A DNA stretch of 64,000 bases from Faecalibacterium sp. UBA1762 (GCA_002314755.1 DCHC01000016.1:16135-80134), one strand, 5' to 3'. Numbered from the stretch's first letter, positions 28,612-40,700 are shown. The notes: a model not told the origin generated them from the letters alone. Numbers and translations are program-made.

Positions 28612-31029
28612 ATGAATAAAACGGTTACTGTGCAGCAGTTTGATACCCTGTTACGGGACAAGCTGTTCAGCGAATTCGGAACCCGACTGGAGAATGCCGG
28701 CCTTGACCAGATCTACCGCGCGCTGGCGCTGCTGGTGCGCCGCAGTCTGTCCGATCAGCGGAAGAAATTCATGGCAAAGACCTATGGCAGCAATCAAAAG
28801 CAGGTCTACTATCTGTGTATGGAATTTTTGATGGGTCGATCCCTGAAGACCGGCCTGTTTAATCTGGGCTGGGCACAAGCCGCCGACCGGGTACTGAAGG
28901 ACGCCGGGATCCATCTGGAGGATGTATACGAAGAGGAGCCGGACGCCGGCCTTGGCAACGGCGGACTGGGCCGTCTTGCGGCCTGTTATCTGGACGGCAT
29001 GGCAAGCACTGCCATCCCGGGAATGGGCTATTCCATCCTGTATGAGTACGGCATCTTTAAGCAGAAGATTGTAGACGGCTGGCAGACCGAAAAGGCGGAC
29101 AACTGGCTGCCCGGAGGCGAGGTCTGGCTGAAAAGCCATCCCGATCAGGCTGTGGAGATCCGTTTTGGCGGTTTTCTGACCGAGAGCTGGGACGCCCAGG
29201 GCTACCACCATGTGCAGCATCAGAACTACACCAGTGTGCTCGCCGTACCCAGTGATATGTATGTCTCCGGCTTTGACAGCGAGGGAGTCTCCCAGCTGCG
29301 TCTGTGGCAGGCAAAGGCCCCCGGTATGGATATGGACAGCTTTAACCGGGGCGACTACAGCAGCGCCATGAATGCCGGTGCCTCCGCCGAACTGATCAGC
29401 AAGGTCCTCTACCCCAACGACAACCACACCGAGGGAAAGATTCTGCGGCTGAAGCAGCAGTATTTTCTCTCTGCCGCCTCTGTAGCGGATATTGTCCAGC
29501 GGCATCTGGCACAGTACGGCAGTTTGGAAAATCTGCCGGATAAAATCGCGATACAGCTGAACGACACCCACCCCACCCTTGCCATTCCGGAACTGATGCG
29601 CATCCTGATGGACGAGTGCGGCTTTGGCTGGGAGCAGTCCTTTGATATCTGCCGACGCACCTTCTCCTACACCAACCACACCGTCATGAGTGAGGCGCTG
29701 GAAAAGTGGGATGTGGAAATTTTCCGCACCACGCTGCCCCGTATCTGGAGCATTATCGCCGAACTTGACCGCCGCGCCCGCGCGGAGCTGGAGCAGGTTT
29801 TCCCCGGCGACTGGGGCAAAATTGAATATATGCTGCCCGTCGGCAACAACCAGGTGCGGATGGCCAACATCTGCTGCTATACCTGCAATCATATCAACGG
29901 CGTCTCCAAGCTGCACAGCCAGATTATCCGGGACAGCGTTTTCCACGATTACTATCTGTACGCCCCTGATCGGTTTACCAATGTGACCAACGGCATTGCC
30001 TACCGGCGCTGGCTGCTTGCCTCCAACCCGGCACTGACTGCCTTCTTAAGTGAGACCGTCGGAGACGGCTTTAAACGGGACGCTTCCGTCCTGACCGAGC
30101 TGAACCGCTACCGGGACGACGTCACCGTGCTGCAAAGACTGGGCGAGATCAAGCGCCATAATAAAGAGCAGTTCTCCAATCATCTGCTGCATACCACCGG
30201 GCAAAGCATTGATCCCTCCTCGCTTTTTGATGTACAGGTCAAACGGATGCACGAATACAAGCGCCAGCATCTGAACGCCCTGAATATTCTGTCCGAGTAT
30301 CTGTGGCTAAAGGATCACCCCAATGCCGAATTCCAGCCCAAGACCTATATTTTCGGTGCCAAGGCCGCACCGGGCTACTATATGGCCAAACAGATGATAC
30401 GAATGATCTGTCAGCTGGGTAAGCTATTGGAAAGCGATGCCGCCATACGGGATAAGCTGCGCATTGTCTATCTAGAGGACTACAATGTCACTACCAGCGA
30501 GCGGTTGATGCCCGCCAGTGAGATCAGCGAACAGATCAGCCTTGCAGGCACGGAGGCAAGTGGCACCGGCAATATGAAATTTATGCTGAACGGTGCCATC
30601 ACACTGGGCACCCTGGACGGCGCCAATGTGGAAATCGCAGCCGCAGCCGGGTCGGAAAATGAGATTATCTTCGGTATGCGTACCCAGCAGGTGCAGCAGC
30701 TACGCCAAATGGGCTACCATCCGGAGGCCGTCCTTGCGGAAAACGACGACGCCAGACAGGCGCTTGATTTTTTACAAAAAGGCTGGAACGAGCAAAGCTT
30801 TGATGACCTGGTGCGGAATCTGGGACAAAGCGACCCCTACATGGTACTGGCCGATTTCCGGTCCTACCGGCAAGCGCAGGCCGAAGCCCGGGCGTTGTAT
30901 GCACAGCCGGAAAAATGGAACCGGATGAGCCTGGCCAATATTGCCGCCTCCGGCGCTTTCAGCGCAGACCGCGCTGTTTTGGAGTCCGCCCGTCATATTT
31001 GGGGCGCCAACCCGCTTCGGAATGACTGA
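28612..31029 (+). CDS. glgP: Glycogen/maltodextrin phosphorylase
   Basis: 805 aa with GLGNGGLGRLAACYLD and EASGTGNMKFMLNG (PLP lysine region). Confidence 0.95.
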   Translation: MNKTVTVQQFDTLLRDKLFSEFGTRLENAGLDQIYRALALLVRRSLSDQRKKFMAKTYGSNQKQVYYLCMEFLMGRSLKTGLFNLGWAQAADRVLKDAGIHLEDVYEEEPDAGLGNGGLGRLAACYLDGMASTAIPGMGYSILYEYGIFKQKIVDGWQTEKADNWLPGGEVWLKSHPDQAVEIRFGGFLTESWDAQGYHHVQHQNYTSVLAVPSDMYVSGFDSEGVSQLRLWQAKAPGMDMDSFNRGDYSSAMNAGASAELISKVLYPNDNHTEGKILRLKQQYFLSAASVADIVQRHLAQYGSLENLPDKIAIQLNDTHPTLAIPELMRILMDECGFGWEQSFDICRRTFSYTNHTVMSEALEKWDVEIFRTTLPRIWSIIAELDRRARAELEQVFPGDWGKIEYMLPVGNNQVRMANICCYTCNHINGVSKLHSQIIRDSVFHDYYLYAPDRFTNVTNGIAYRRWLLASNPALTAFLSETVGDGFKRDASVLTELNRYRDDVTVLQRLGEIKRHNKEQFSNHLLHTTGQSIDPSSLFDVQVKRMHEYKRQHLNALNILSEYLWLKDHPNAEFQPKTYIFGAKAAPGYYMAKQMIRMICQLGKLLESDAAIRDKLRIVYLEDYNVTTSERLMPASEISEQISLAGTEASGTGNMKFMLNGAITLGTLDGANVEIAAAAGSENEIIFGMRTQQVQQLRQMGYHPEAVLAENDDARQALDFLQKGWNEQSFDDLVRNLGQSDPYMVLADFRSYRQAQAEARALYAQPEKWNRMSLANIAASGAFSADRAVLESARHIWGANPLRND

Positions 31030-31118
31030 TTTTCCCGTAAATCAAAATACGTTCTGTATATCGTAACCATTTTTAAACTTTTTCGATAGTACACTTCATA
31101 AGAGAGGGGTGACCTGTT

Positions 31119-32972
31119 TTGTCAATGCCGGTCTATGATAGCTACAACAGCTTTTACAAAAGTCCCTTTGGCGCTATCGCGATAGGCAAGACAGTGCACC
31201 TCCGGCTGGCGTTAAGCGCTGCGGCAGCGCCCTGGTCGCCCCGGCTGATGCTCCGCTACGACCCGCTGCTGCAGCCGGATGCCGCCCCCCTCTCTCTACC
31301 GTTGCAATACGAGCAAACGCTTTCTGACAGCGAAATTTTCGGGGTAGATTTTACCCCCGCCCAGGCAGGGCTATACGAATACTGGTTTGATCTGTACCGG
31401 GACTACTGTAAGGTCTGGTTGGCGGATTGGGGCAACTGTGAGCTGAGCGTTCAGCCCGGAAAACCGTATACCCTGTTTGCCTATGAGGATACCCCTCTGC
31501 CGGAGCAGCTGACCGGCGGGGTCATGTACCAGATCTTCCCAGACCGCTTTTATGAAGGAGACCCGGATAAACCCAACCCGTTTGCGGACCGGATCTACCG
31601 GACGGATAAACAAAACGCCCCCTACTATCACCCCAATGAGGAGCCTGATGGCTATCTCAACCGGGACTATTTCGGCGGAGATTTAGCGGGTATTCGGCAA
31701 AAGCTGCCCTATCTTGCCCGCCTGGGGGTCAGTTGCATCTACTGTAACCCGATCTTTGAATCCCATGCCAACCACCGGTACAACACCGCGGATTATTTTA
31801 AGATTGACCCCATGCTGGGCACCCAGGAGGATTTTACCGCACTGTGCAGCCAGGCGCACGCCCACGGCATCCGGATCATTCTGGACGGGGTGTTCAGCCA
31901 CACCGGGGCGGACAGCGTCTACTTTAACCAAAACCGGCGTTATCCAACCGTGGGCGCTTTTCAAAGTACGGAAAGCTCCTACCGCAACTGGTTTGATTTT
32001 GACCCTAAATACCCCTGCGGATACCGCAGCTGGTGGGGTTTTGCCAGCCTGCCGGAGGTCAATGAAAATGATCCCTCTTATCAGGCGTTTATCTGCGGCG
32101 AAAACGGGGTACTGCGCCACTGGCTGCGCGCCGGTGCCGACGGTTGGCGGCTGGATGTGGTCGATGAGCTGCCGGACGAATTTATCGCCGCGATCCGTAC
32201 CGCCGTCAAGGCCGAGGGCGATGATAAACTGCTGCTGGGAGAGGTATGGGAGGACGCCGCCACCAAAGTCAGCTACGGCGATCGCCGCCGCTTTTTATGG
32301 GGACAGGAACTGGATTCCGTCATGAACTACCCCTGGCGCACCGCTGTGCTGAATTTTATCCGGCAGGGGAACGGTCTATCTTGCGCCCGCAGCCTAATGG
32401 CGCTGTGCGACCGCTACCCGCCCTTTGCGCTGCACACCCTGATGAACAGCCTTTCCACCCACGATACCGAGCGTGCCGTCACCGCCCTTGCCGGCCCCTC
32501 TGCCGAGGGGCATGACCGCCGCTGGCAGGCCCACACCCTGCTGACCGAACAGCAGTATCTTTACGGCAAAAAGCTGCTGCGTCTTGCCATGCAGCTGCAG
32601 TTTTTCCTGCCGGGCAACCCCTGCGTCTACTACGGGGATGAAATTGCCATGCAGGGCTACAGGGATCCCTTTAACCGAGCTTACTACGACTGGTCTGCCG
32701 ACGACGGCGGTCTACGCGATCTGATTGCCGGGATGGCGGCTTTTCGCCGCAGTACCCCGGCGCTTCACATCGGACAACTGCAGATCCTCGCCGCCGAAGA
32801 AAACATTCTGGGTCTGCTGCGCACCGCCTGCCCACCGGAGGACCCAAATCATGGCAGTCGTGCCGTACTGCTGGTAAACCGGGGCGAAACCGACTATACC
32901 CTGTCTCTGCCCTGGGGCGGCGAAATCACGGCAGCGGCAATGAGCTGCACTTATGCCAAAACAGACCGATGA
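31119..32972 (+). CDS. GH13 alpha-amylase-family enzyme (neopullulanase/cyclomaltodextrinase-like)
   Basis: GH13 regions DGVFSHTG, GWRLDVVDEL, EVWED and STHDTER. The start is either the TTG at 31119 or the ATG at 31125. Confidence 0.85.
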   Translation: MSMPVYDSYNSFYKSPFGAIAIGKTVHLRLALSAAAAPWSPRLMLRYDPLLQPDAAPLSLPLQYEQTLSDSEIFGVDFTPAQAGLYEYWFDLYRDYCKVWLADWGNCELSVQPGKPYTLFAYEDTPLPEQLTGGVMYQIFPDRFYEGDPDKPNPFADRIYRTDKQNAPYYHPNEEPDGYLNRDYFGGDLAGIRQKLPYLARLGVSCIYCNPIFESHANHRYNTADYFKIDPMLGTQEDFTALCSQAHAHGIRIILDGVFSHTGADSVYFNQNRRYPTVGAFQSTESSYRNWFDFDPKYPCGYRSWWGFASLPEVNENDPSYQAFICGENGVLRHWLRAGADGWRLDVVDELPDEFIAAIRTAVKAEGDDKLLLGEVWEDAATKVSYGDRRRFLWGQELDSVMNYPWRTAVLNFIRQGNGLSCARSLMALCDRYPPFALHTLMNSLSTHDTERAVTALAGPSAEGHDRRWQAHTLLTEQQYLYGKKLLRLAMQLQFFLPGNPCVYYGDEIAMQGYRDPFNRAYYDWSADDGGLRDLIAGMAAFRRSTPALHIGQLQILAAEENILGLLRTACPPEDPNHGSRAVLLVNRGETDYTLSLPWGGEITAAAMSCTYAKTDR

Positions 32973-33017
32973 CATTCCTCTTTAAGATTGTGCTGTACCC
33001 GTTGGGCACCGCTAAAA

Positions 33018-33058
33018 AGCCGGACAACCGATTTGATTGGTTGTCCGGCTTTTGGTTT
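33018..33058. terminator. Bidirectional rho-independent terminator
   Basis: Perfect 12-bp stem agccggacaacc/ggttgtccggct, with aaaa upstream and ttttggtttt downstream. Confidence 0.75.
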
Positions 33059-33104
33059 TACCTTATACGGTTGGTTCGGGTCACCCGGTCGCAGTCCGGC
33101 AGAC

Positions 33105-33965
33105 TTATTTTCCCTCCCGGTTCTGCCTGCGAAACTGCCCAGGTGTGCAGCCCTTGCACCGGCGAAAAGCCTTGATAAAATAGCTGACATCGTTAAAGCC
33201 GTTTTCCAGCGCCACATCCGTAATGGTATCCCCGGTGGTCAGCAGCTGTGCGCAGGCGCATTCAATCCGGTAATAGTTTAAATACTCCACCGGAGTGCGC
33301 TGCGTAAACCCGGCAAAATAGCGGCAAAAATACCGGGGAGACATCCCTGCAACCGCTGCAAGCTGCTCCAATGTCAACGGCTGCATGTACTCCTTGCGTA
33401 TCAGTCGAAGCGCCGCCTTTAGCGGTTTCAGTTTCTCCCCGCTGCCGAAATGCTTGCCGGAGGCCAATGCCTCCTGCCCGTAGCAGGCCATTGCCTCACC
33501 GTATAGCTGCAGCAGCAGCCCAGCTGTGATCAGACCGGTACCGGCGCAACTGCTACGCTGGGTACAAAATAGCTTTTCCGCAAGCTGGGCAACCGGGGTG
33601 GATTTCAGGTAGACCCGTTGCAGCAGCTCCGGATTCTCCGCCAACTGACGGCCCTCCTCCCCTCCGGTCAACCAGAAAGGCTCCGGTGTGTGGACCAGAC
33701 ACTCGTACACCGCGTCCTGCACCTGACCGCCGTGTACGGTCCCGCCAGCGACCAGCGCCGCGTCCCCAGGGTTCAGCACACAGCTGCTCTGGTTCATCTG
33801 CAGCACCAGCTGGCCGCTTTGTACCCGGATCAGCTCACACTCCATATGCCAGTGCAGCGGCATCTGATACCTGGGGTGACGGCTGTCCACATAGTGGTAC
33901 TCCATCAGCGGTACCGCCGGGCTGGGGGCGCGTTTTTCCTGATATACCGTCGTACCTGACTCCAT
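33105..33965 (-). CDS. AraC-family transcriptional regulator (cupin sensor plus HTH)
   Basis: C-terminal AraC HTH (SPRYFCRYFAGFTQRTPVEYLNYYRIECA..., ENGFNDVSYFIKAFRR). I prefer the ATG at 33965. Confidence 0.85.
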   Translation of the reverse strand: MESGTTVYQEKRAPSPAVPLMEYHYVDSRHPRYQMPLHWHMECELIRVQSGQLVLQMNQSSCVLNPGDAALVAGGTVHGGQVQDAVYECLVHTPEPFWLTGGEEGRQLAENPELLQRVYLKSTPVAQLAEKLFCTQRSSCAGTGLITAGLLLQLYGEAMACYGQEALASGKHFGSGEKLKPLKAALRLIRKEYMQPLTLEQLAAVAGMSPRYFCRYFAGFTQRTPVEYLNYYRIECACAQLLTTGDTITDVALENGFNDVSYFIKAFRRCKGCTPGQFRRQNREGK

Positions 33966-34157
33966 AGCCGTCTCCTTACCCCGCAAACCGCCTCTCCGAT
34001 TTGGTGTTTGCGAAAAAAGTGAATATTCTACCATTTTTCTTCATTATACTTCTACCACTCTTCCGTTTGCAAGTGTTATATTTATGAGTATAAGGTAATT
34101 TTGACGGCAGCCGTATTTCGCGGTGCCGCTGCCTACAGAAAAAAGGAGGATATTCCT

Positions 34158-35987
34158 ATGAGCGTACCAAAGTTGATTGGCGAAAATCCCGCAATCGGTA
34201 TTCGCCCTATCGTTGACGGCCGCCGCGGCCCAATGAAGCTGCGGGAAAGCCTGGAACCTCAGGTCATGGCGATGGCCGAGGCTGCCAAAAAGCTGTTCGA
34301 GAAAAATCTGCGTTACCCCGACGGCACCCCCGTCAAGGTGGTCATTGCGGATTCCACCATCGGCCGCGTGCCGGAATCTGCCGCCTGTGCCGAAAAGTTT
34401 AAAAAAGAGGGCGTGGCCATCACCCTTTCCGTCACCCCCTGCTGGTGCTACGGCGCGGAGACAATGGACATGGACCCCCTGACCATCAAGGGCGTTTGGG
34501 GCTTTAACGGCACCGAGCGCCCCGGTGCGGTGTATCTGGCCAGCGTGCTGGCCACCCACGCCCAAAAGGGCCTACCTGCCTTCGGCATCTACGGGCACGA
34601 GGTGCAGGATGCCAACCAGGTCACCGACATTCCCGCCGATGTCAAGGAAAATCTGCTGCGTTTCGGCCGTGCCGCCGTAGCTGCTGCCAGCATGCGCGGC
34701 AAAAGCTATCTGCAGATCGGCTCCATGTGTATGGGTATCGGCGGCTCTATCATCGACCAGGATTTTATGCAGGAATACTTGGGCATGCGGGTAGAGAGCG
34801 TGGACGAGGTCGAGATTCTTCGCCGGATGGAGGAGGGCATCTATGACCACGCCTCCTTTGAAAAGGCAATGGCCTGGACCAGGGAGCATTGCAAAGAGGG
34901 TCGTGATGACAACCCCGAATCTGTTGAATTTTTAGGCGAGGAGCGCCGGATCCGTTTTACCCCCGAGGAAAAGGAAAAGCAGTGGGAGTTCACCATCAAG
35001 ATGTACTGCATCATCCGCGATCTGATGCGGGGCAACCCCAACCTGCCCGACGGCTTTGAAGAGGAAAAGCTGGGTCACAACGCCCTTGCCGCCGGTTTCC
35101 AGGGTCAGCGTCAATGGACCGACCACTGGCCCAACTGCGACTATCCCGAGGCCATCCTTAACTCCAGCTTTGACTTTGAGGGTGCCCGTGAGCCCATGAC
35201 CTTTGCCACCGAGAACGATGTTCTGAACGGTTTGGGTATGTTGTTTATGCGGCTGTTGACCAACCGCGCCCAGATTTTCGCCGATGTGCGTACCTTCTGG
35301 TCTCCCGAGGCTACCAAGCGGGTCACCGGATATGATCTGCAGGGCAAGGCTGCCGAAAACGGCGGTATTATCCACCTGCTGAACAGCGGCGCCGCCTGTC
35401 TGGACGCCTGCGGCGAATGCACCGATGAAAACGGCAACGCCACCATGAAGCAGTGGTGGGATGTCACCGAGGATGATATCAAGAAGATGACCGACGCCAC
35501 CGTCTGGTGTGAGGCCGGCTTTGACAACTTCCGCGGCGGCGGATTCTCCAGCCATTTTGTCACCCGTGCCGAGATGCCCGCAACCATGATCCGTCTGAAT
35601 CTGGTCAAGGGGCTGGGCCCGGTGCTGCAGATTGCCGAGGGCTGGACCATCAAGCTGCCGGACGAAGTGACCGACACCCTGATGGAGCGTACCAACCCCA
35701 CCTGGCCCTGCACCTGGTTTACCCCCCGCTGCGACGGCGTAGAGGGCAGCCCCTTCAAAACCGCTTACGATGTGATGAACAACTGGGGCGCAAACCACGG
35801 CGCTATCAGCTACGGTCATATCGGCGCCGACCTGATCACCCTGTGTAGCATGCTGCGTATCCCGGTGTGCATGCACAATGTTCCCGTGCAGGATGTTTTC
35901 CGTCCCGCCGCGTGGAATGCCTTCGGTATGGATAAGGAAGGCCAGGACTACCGCGCCTGCGCCGCCTATGGCCCTTTGTATAAATAA
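34158..35987 (+). CDS. fucI: L-fucose isomerase
   Basis: Start at 34158 after [19 protein letters not shown]..., [20 protein letters not shown] are collinear with E. coli FucI. Confidence 0.92.
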   Translation: MSVPKLIGENPAIGIRPIVDGRRGPMKLRESLEPQVMAMAEAAKKLFEKNLRYPDGTPVKVVIADSTIGRVPESAACAEKFKKEGVAITLSVTPCWCYGAETMDMDPLTIKGVWGFNGTERPGAVYLASVLATHAQKGLPAFGIYGHEVQDANQVTDIPADVKENLLRFGRAAVAAASMRGKSYLQIGSMCMGIGGSIIDQDFMQEYLGMRVESVDEVEILRRMEEGIYDHASFEKAMAWTREHCKEGRDDNPESVEFLGEERRIRFTPEEKEKQWEFTIKMYCIIRDLMRGNPNLPDGFEEEKLGHNALAAGFQGQRQWTDHWPNCDYPEAILNSSFDFEGAREPMTFATENDVLNGLGMLFMRLLTNRAQIFADVRTFWSPEATKRVTGYDLQGKAAENGGIIHLLNSGAACLDACGECTDENGNATMKQWWDVTEDDIKKMTDATVWCEAGFDNFRGGGFSSHFVTRAEMPATMIRLNLVKGLGPVLQIAEGWTIKLPDEVTDTLMERTNPTWPCTWFTPRCDGVEGSPFKTAYDVMNNWGANHGAISYGHIGADLITLCSMLRIPVCMHNVPVQDVFRPAAWNAFGMDKEGQDYRACAAYGPLYK

Positions 35988-36065
35988 TTTAGCCGATAGA
36001 AAAACGGGCAGCTTTTCCGGCACGGCCGGGCAAAGCTGCCCGCTTTAAAAAAGGAGAAAACTGTC

Positions 36066-36506
36066 ATGCTGAAAGGAATACCCAAAATTCTCTCTCCCGG
36101 GCTGTTAAAGGTTTTGTGCGAGATGGGGCATAGCGACCGTATCGTTATTGCGGATGGCAATTTCCCGGCAGAGAGCATCGGTAAAAATGCCAAGGTCATC
36201 CGTTGTGACGGCCATGGCACCCCCGAGCTGCTGGACGCGATTTTACAGGTCTTTCCGCTGGACACCTATGTAGAAAAGCCTCTGCAGCTGATGGAGGTTA
36301 TGCCCGGTGACCCGGTCAAGACCCCCATCTGGGATACCTATAAGGAGATTGTCGCCAGGCACGATGCTCGCGGTGCCGAGACCGTGGGCACCATTGAGCG
36401 GTTTGCCTTTTACGAGGAGGCCCGCAAGGCTTATGCCGTTGTTGCCACCGGTGAAAGCGCCATCTATGCAAACATCATGCTGCAAAAGGGCGTTGTCACC
36501 GATTAA
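36066..36506 (+). CDS. fucU: L-fucose mutarotase (RbsD/FucU family)
   Basis: MLKGIPKILSPGLLKVLCEMGHSDRIVIADGNFP closely parallels E. coli FucU. Confidence 0.9.
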   Translation: MLKGIPKILSPGLLKVLCEMGHSDRIVIADGNFPAESIGKNAKVIRCDGHGTPELLDAILQVFPLDTYVEKPLQLMEVMPGDPVKTPIWDTYKEIVARHDARGAETVGTIERFAFYEEARKAYAVVATGESAIYANIMLQKGVVTD

Positions 36507-36645
36507 GCAATTTTTCAGGCTTTTCGCATCACGAAACAGGTCGGCTTTCTCAAAACGGAAAGCCGGCCTTTTTCATTTGTTCTGAAAGCCATGTATTTTT
36601 CCGCTCTTTTGCGAATGGAAAACCTCTTTCTCGGTAAATAATTCG

Positions 36646-36674
36646 TAGACAGCCTCAACAATTATTGTTATAAT
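36646..36674 (+). promoter_or_regulatory. SigmaA-type promoter (extended -10) for the URO-D-like/1039-aa unit
   Basis: TAGACA, 17-nt spacer, TGtTATAAT. Lies downstream of a hairpin terminator that follows fucU. Confidence 0.5.
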
Positions 36675-36725
36675 AAGGGCAAATCATCTGCATCCCCCGA
36701 AAAATCAAAAAGGATGGTGTTTCTT

Positions 36726-37726
36726 ATGACAAACCGTGAGCGTTTTGACGCTATCTTAAACCGTAAGCCCGCTGACCGCGCCCCCGTTATTGAATGGGCT
36801 GGTTACTGGGATAAGACCTTTAACCGCTGGTACAGCGAAGGGCTGCCACACACCGAGGACGGCACCCCTTATCACATCAACCGTTATTTTGAACAGGATA
36901 AGATCTGGCAGTTCTGGCTGCCCACCCGAAACGCAAGCTGCCCTGTTGCCGCAGAGTTCGGCGCGCCCGTCCTGCTCGAGCCGGAAAAATACGAGGAATT
37001 CCGTCAAAAGTATCTGTTCAGCGACGAATGTCTACAGGTGATTCGCGACCGGCTGGAGGATTATCTGCAGCGCGACCCGAATGGTGAATATGTCACCTGG
37101 TTTACGCTGGATGGCTTTTTCTGGTTTCCACGCACCCTGTTCGGCATTGAAAATCATCTGTTTGCCTTTTACGATTACGAGGATGTCATGCTGCAGATGA
37201 ACCGGGATCTGTGTGTTTTTTTCAAAAAAGCATTGGCAATTATCTATGAAAAGCTCCGGCCCCAGTTTATGACCTTTGCCGAGGATATGTCCTACAACAA
37301 CGGGCCCATGCTCTCTCACGGGCTGTACGAAAAATTTATGGCACCCTTCTATAGGGAGCTGATTCCCACCATCCAGTCCTACGGAACCAAGGTTTTTATC
37401 GATACCGACGGCAATGTAGAACCGCTGATTCCCTGGTTTTTGGAGTGCGGCATTCAGGGTGTGCTACCTTTGGAGCGTCAGGCAGGTGTGGATGTCAATC
37501 GGATCCGTCAGACCTACCCGGATTTTCTGATGATCGGCGGCTACAATAAACTGATCATGAAGGATGGCGAGGCCGCAATGCTGCCGAATTTGAACGCCTT
37601 TCCCCAGCCATTCAGTCCGGCGGATATATCCCCAGCGTGGATCACCAGACCCCGCCGGATGTCTCGCTGGAAAATTATCGCATCTTTATGAAGCTGCTGC
37701 GGGAATACACCGTCTACCGCAAATAA
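36726..37726 (+). pseudogene. Uroporphyrinogen-decarboxylase (URO-D/MtaA-like) family gene with an apparent 1-nt frameshift near 37578
   Basis: Listed ORF 36714..37691 ends in unrelated sequence. The conserved family C-terminus AAEFERLSPAIQSGGYIPSVDHQTPPDVSLENYRIFMKLLREYTVYRK* is read in the -1 frame from 37580 to the TAA at 37724-37726. Confidence 0.6.
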
Positions 37727-37760
37727 CGCTGCCGGAATAACAAGTAAGGATGACAAACCC

Positions 37761-40700
37761 ATGAAAAATCTGCTTCACCTTTTGCCTGCCTGTGACGATG
37801 CCTCTCTTTACCGCATACAGGGTACGCCGCTATGCCACAACGAGCGCCTTTGGCAGGGCGAGCAGCCAGGCAGCCTGCAAAGCTATCTTGTGCTGAGCTA
37901 CCGCGCCGAAAATTTGGAACGCCGTGCCATGCTGCGCCAACCGGTGATTCTTGCCGCCGCAGGGCAAGAAACCATTGGTCTGATTCATATCCACGATCTC
38001 ATCGCAGACGGAGCGAACCACCGTGTCATTGTCCCCGCTGACATATCCGGTTTTGATCACCTATCCGTTGCGCTTTCTACCCGTTTTCCCTCTGCTCTGC
38101 TGGAGATAAGCGAGCTTTATACCTGCGAAGCCGGGGAGCTGCCCTTCCGTTTTATTCCGACCCAACCCCAAGAGGGTTACTGTCCCCTGGACATTGCCGC
38201 CTACTGCAACGATGTTTTGCCTGCCGACCCCGGCACCGTGGATAGCGGTGTCGGCATTCCCAAGGGCACCCTTGCCCTGCAGGGCATTCCCTTTGCCTTT
38301 GCCGACGGCAAAATGATCCGACCCGCGGATGACCCGGCCGAAAACGAAGAGCCCGTGGTCAATTTCGGCGTGCCTACCACCCGCCGTGTCTGCCGCCCCG
38401 TCAGCAAGGAAAGCCGGATTGAGCTGCCGGTCAACTGTAGCGCCGCTGAGCTGCTATTCTGTCTGTATATGGACGGCAACACCTACGAGCGGTACGGCTT
38501 TTGCGCCCCAGACCCCACCATTCTGGGCAGTGCCAACGGCGAGGTACTGATGCCCCTGCAGATCAATGATATTGAGCGGTATTCCGTGCAGGTCGTATAT
38601 ACCGACGGGTTTGTAGATGAATGCTTCCCCGAAAACCTTGCCACCCATAAGCATGTGATCTCCGGCGAGGTAGGTGTTTACGGCGTGCGAACCCTGCCGG
38701 AAAAAATCATAGAAAAAATCGTTTTTGAAAACCGCACCCTGCGTACCGACATTTCGGTGCTGGCGGTCACCGCCAATCTTTCCGCACCCTGCGTCACCGC
38801 CGATTTCTTTGCCTCGCGTGTAAAACGACCTGCCCCTGCAAAAGACTTTGGCAAAGAAATGACGCTGAACGGCAGCACCCTCACGGTGAAAAACGGCAGC
38901 TTTTTTGCGGAATTTGATCTGAGCGACGGTTTCACTTTGGTCAAGGCTGCCAGCGGTTATGACGAAGCCTTCACCCTTAGCTGCCGAATGCTGAAAATAC
39001 GGCAGGGGGAACAGCGGATCGACCGCTTTTGCTTTGCCGAGGCTGCCGTTACCGGCAACACGGCACGGATTGCTTATTCCTTCAATCAGCTGCGGCTGAC
39101 GGTTGTCGTGGAAAACAGCTGTGAAAACGGTATAGAGCTTTCTTTACAGGCAGAAAACCGGGGCGAAGAAACCCGCTTCGGCATCCTGTTTCCCGTTTTA
39201 GAAAACCTGCAGCTGGAAAATAGCCAAAACACCTGGTATTTTCTGCCCAAATATCAAAACACCGAAAGTAACGCCAGCTGCTATGTCTACGAGGAATCCG
39301 CCCCCTCCTATCCCATGCAGTTTATGGATATTTTTAACCCCACTGCCGGTTGGGGCATTGCGCTGAACACCTTCGAACGGGATTTAAAGGTGCGCAAATA
39401 TGCCCTGATCAAGCAGGAGGGTAAGGTGCAGGCCTTTGTGGAATATCCCGAAATGTACGGTCGCCTTGCCAAAGACGGCGCCACGGTCACCAGCAAGACC
39501 CGTGTATCCTTTCACGAGGGGGATTGGCATAAGCCTTGGCTGCTATATAAAAGCTGGCTGGACAGCTGGTATGAGCCCTATCACTGTCAGGATAAAAAAT
39601 GGTATCGGCAGCTATTCTGGCTGATTGCCGAAATCACCGATTTTGCCGAGCGCAGCGATTTTTACAAGATACCGGTCTGGTATGTGGACGGCAAATATCA
39701 CTACAGCGAGATCATGCAGGAGGTACAGAGTATCTACGGCGAAAAGCCGGATATCCTGCACATGTGGGGCTGGACTGCCAGTCCCGGAGAAAACGAGGCG
39801 CAGCACTGGGGCAACTACAATACCGAAGACTACAACCGGATCGGCGGCCTGGAAAAATGGACTGCAGAGCTGAAACGCTTCAAGCAGGAGACCGGCGCCG
39901 AGATTTCACTGTATCTGCACCCCACCCTGCTCAGCGACTGTTATCCTCATTTCAACCGATATTTCCCGAAATACGCGGTTGAAAATGCTGCCGGTAACCA
40001 CATCGACCTGTTCGGACACCATTTTCGTATGTGCCACGCCAACCGGGAATGGCGCAATTTTGTGCTAGATATCTACCCTCGCGTCTATCAGGAGACCGGC
40101 ATCCGGCTTTTGTATGTGGATGAGTTCAGCCTGCGGGTGGAAAACCGCTGCTACGCCGAGGGGCATGGACACGAGGTACCCTCTAATCTGCTGAAAACCG
40201 ACCGCACCGTGATTACCGAGTTGAAGGACCGTATGCCGGATGAGGTCGTTCTATACGGCGAGTATTATCCGGTTGATGTAAACGCACGGTATATTGACTG
40301 TAACATCAGCTACTATATTCTGGATTCCATCAACGAGATGATCGAGCAGGGCGTTCACGGCTCAGACGGCGATGACAGCTTTTGCCGGGTGTTCACCGAC
40401 CTTTACCGGTTTGCTTTCCCCAAAATTGTGCAGCTGATTTTGCCCATGGCAATGCGCAGCCTGACCTGGCAGCCCTTAAAGGCCACCTTCTTTAACGGTG
40501 AAGCCATCTACGATTCCTTCTGGGATGCAGAAGAAAGCCGGGGTGTCAAATACATGGCGCGGGCCTACCGCCTGAAAAAGCAGTATGCCGACTGCTTTGC
40601 CTGCGACCACCCCGAAACCATGGTCGAAACCTTGTCAGATGCGATCTGTGCCAACCGCTACCCCGGCGAGACCCGCTGTGTATACACCCTGTTCAACCGG

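Noticed and set aside
28651-29946. 431-aa minus-strand ORF
   Set aside because: It lies entirely antisense to the unambiguous glgP gene, so it is a shadow ORF.
34932-36023. 363-aa minus-strand ORF (and 34044..34565)
   Set aside because: It lies antisense to fucI and its promoter region and is Gly/Ala/Val-rich with no motifs. fucI on the plus strand is unambiguous.
37570-37585. Programmed -1 ribosomal frameshift in the URO-D-like gene
   Set aside because: There is no slippery X XXY YYZ heptamer and no evident downstream stimulatory structure at the shift site (gag gcc gca atg ctg). A mutation or an assembly error is more likely.
37761-37800. Lipoprotein signal (MKNLLHLLPAC) on the 1039-aa protein
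   Set aside because: The hydrophobic stretch is only about 5 residues, and Pro at -2 of the putative lipobox is atypical. It is too short for a Sec/SPII signal.
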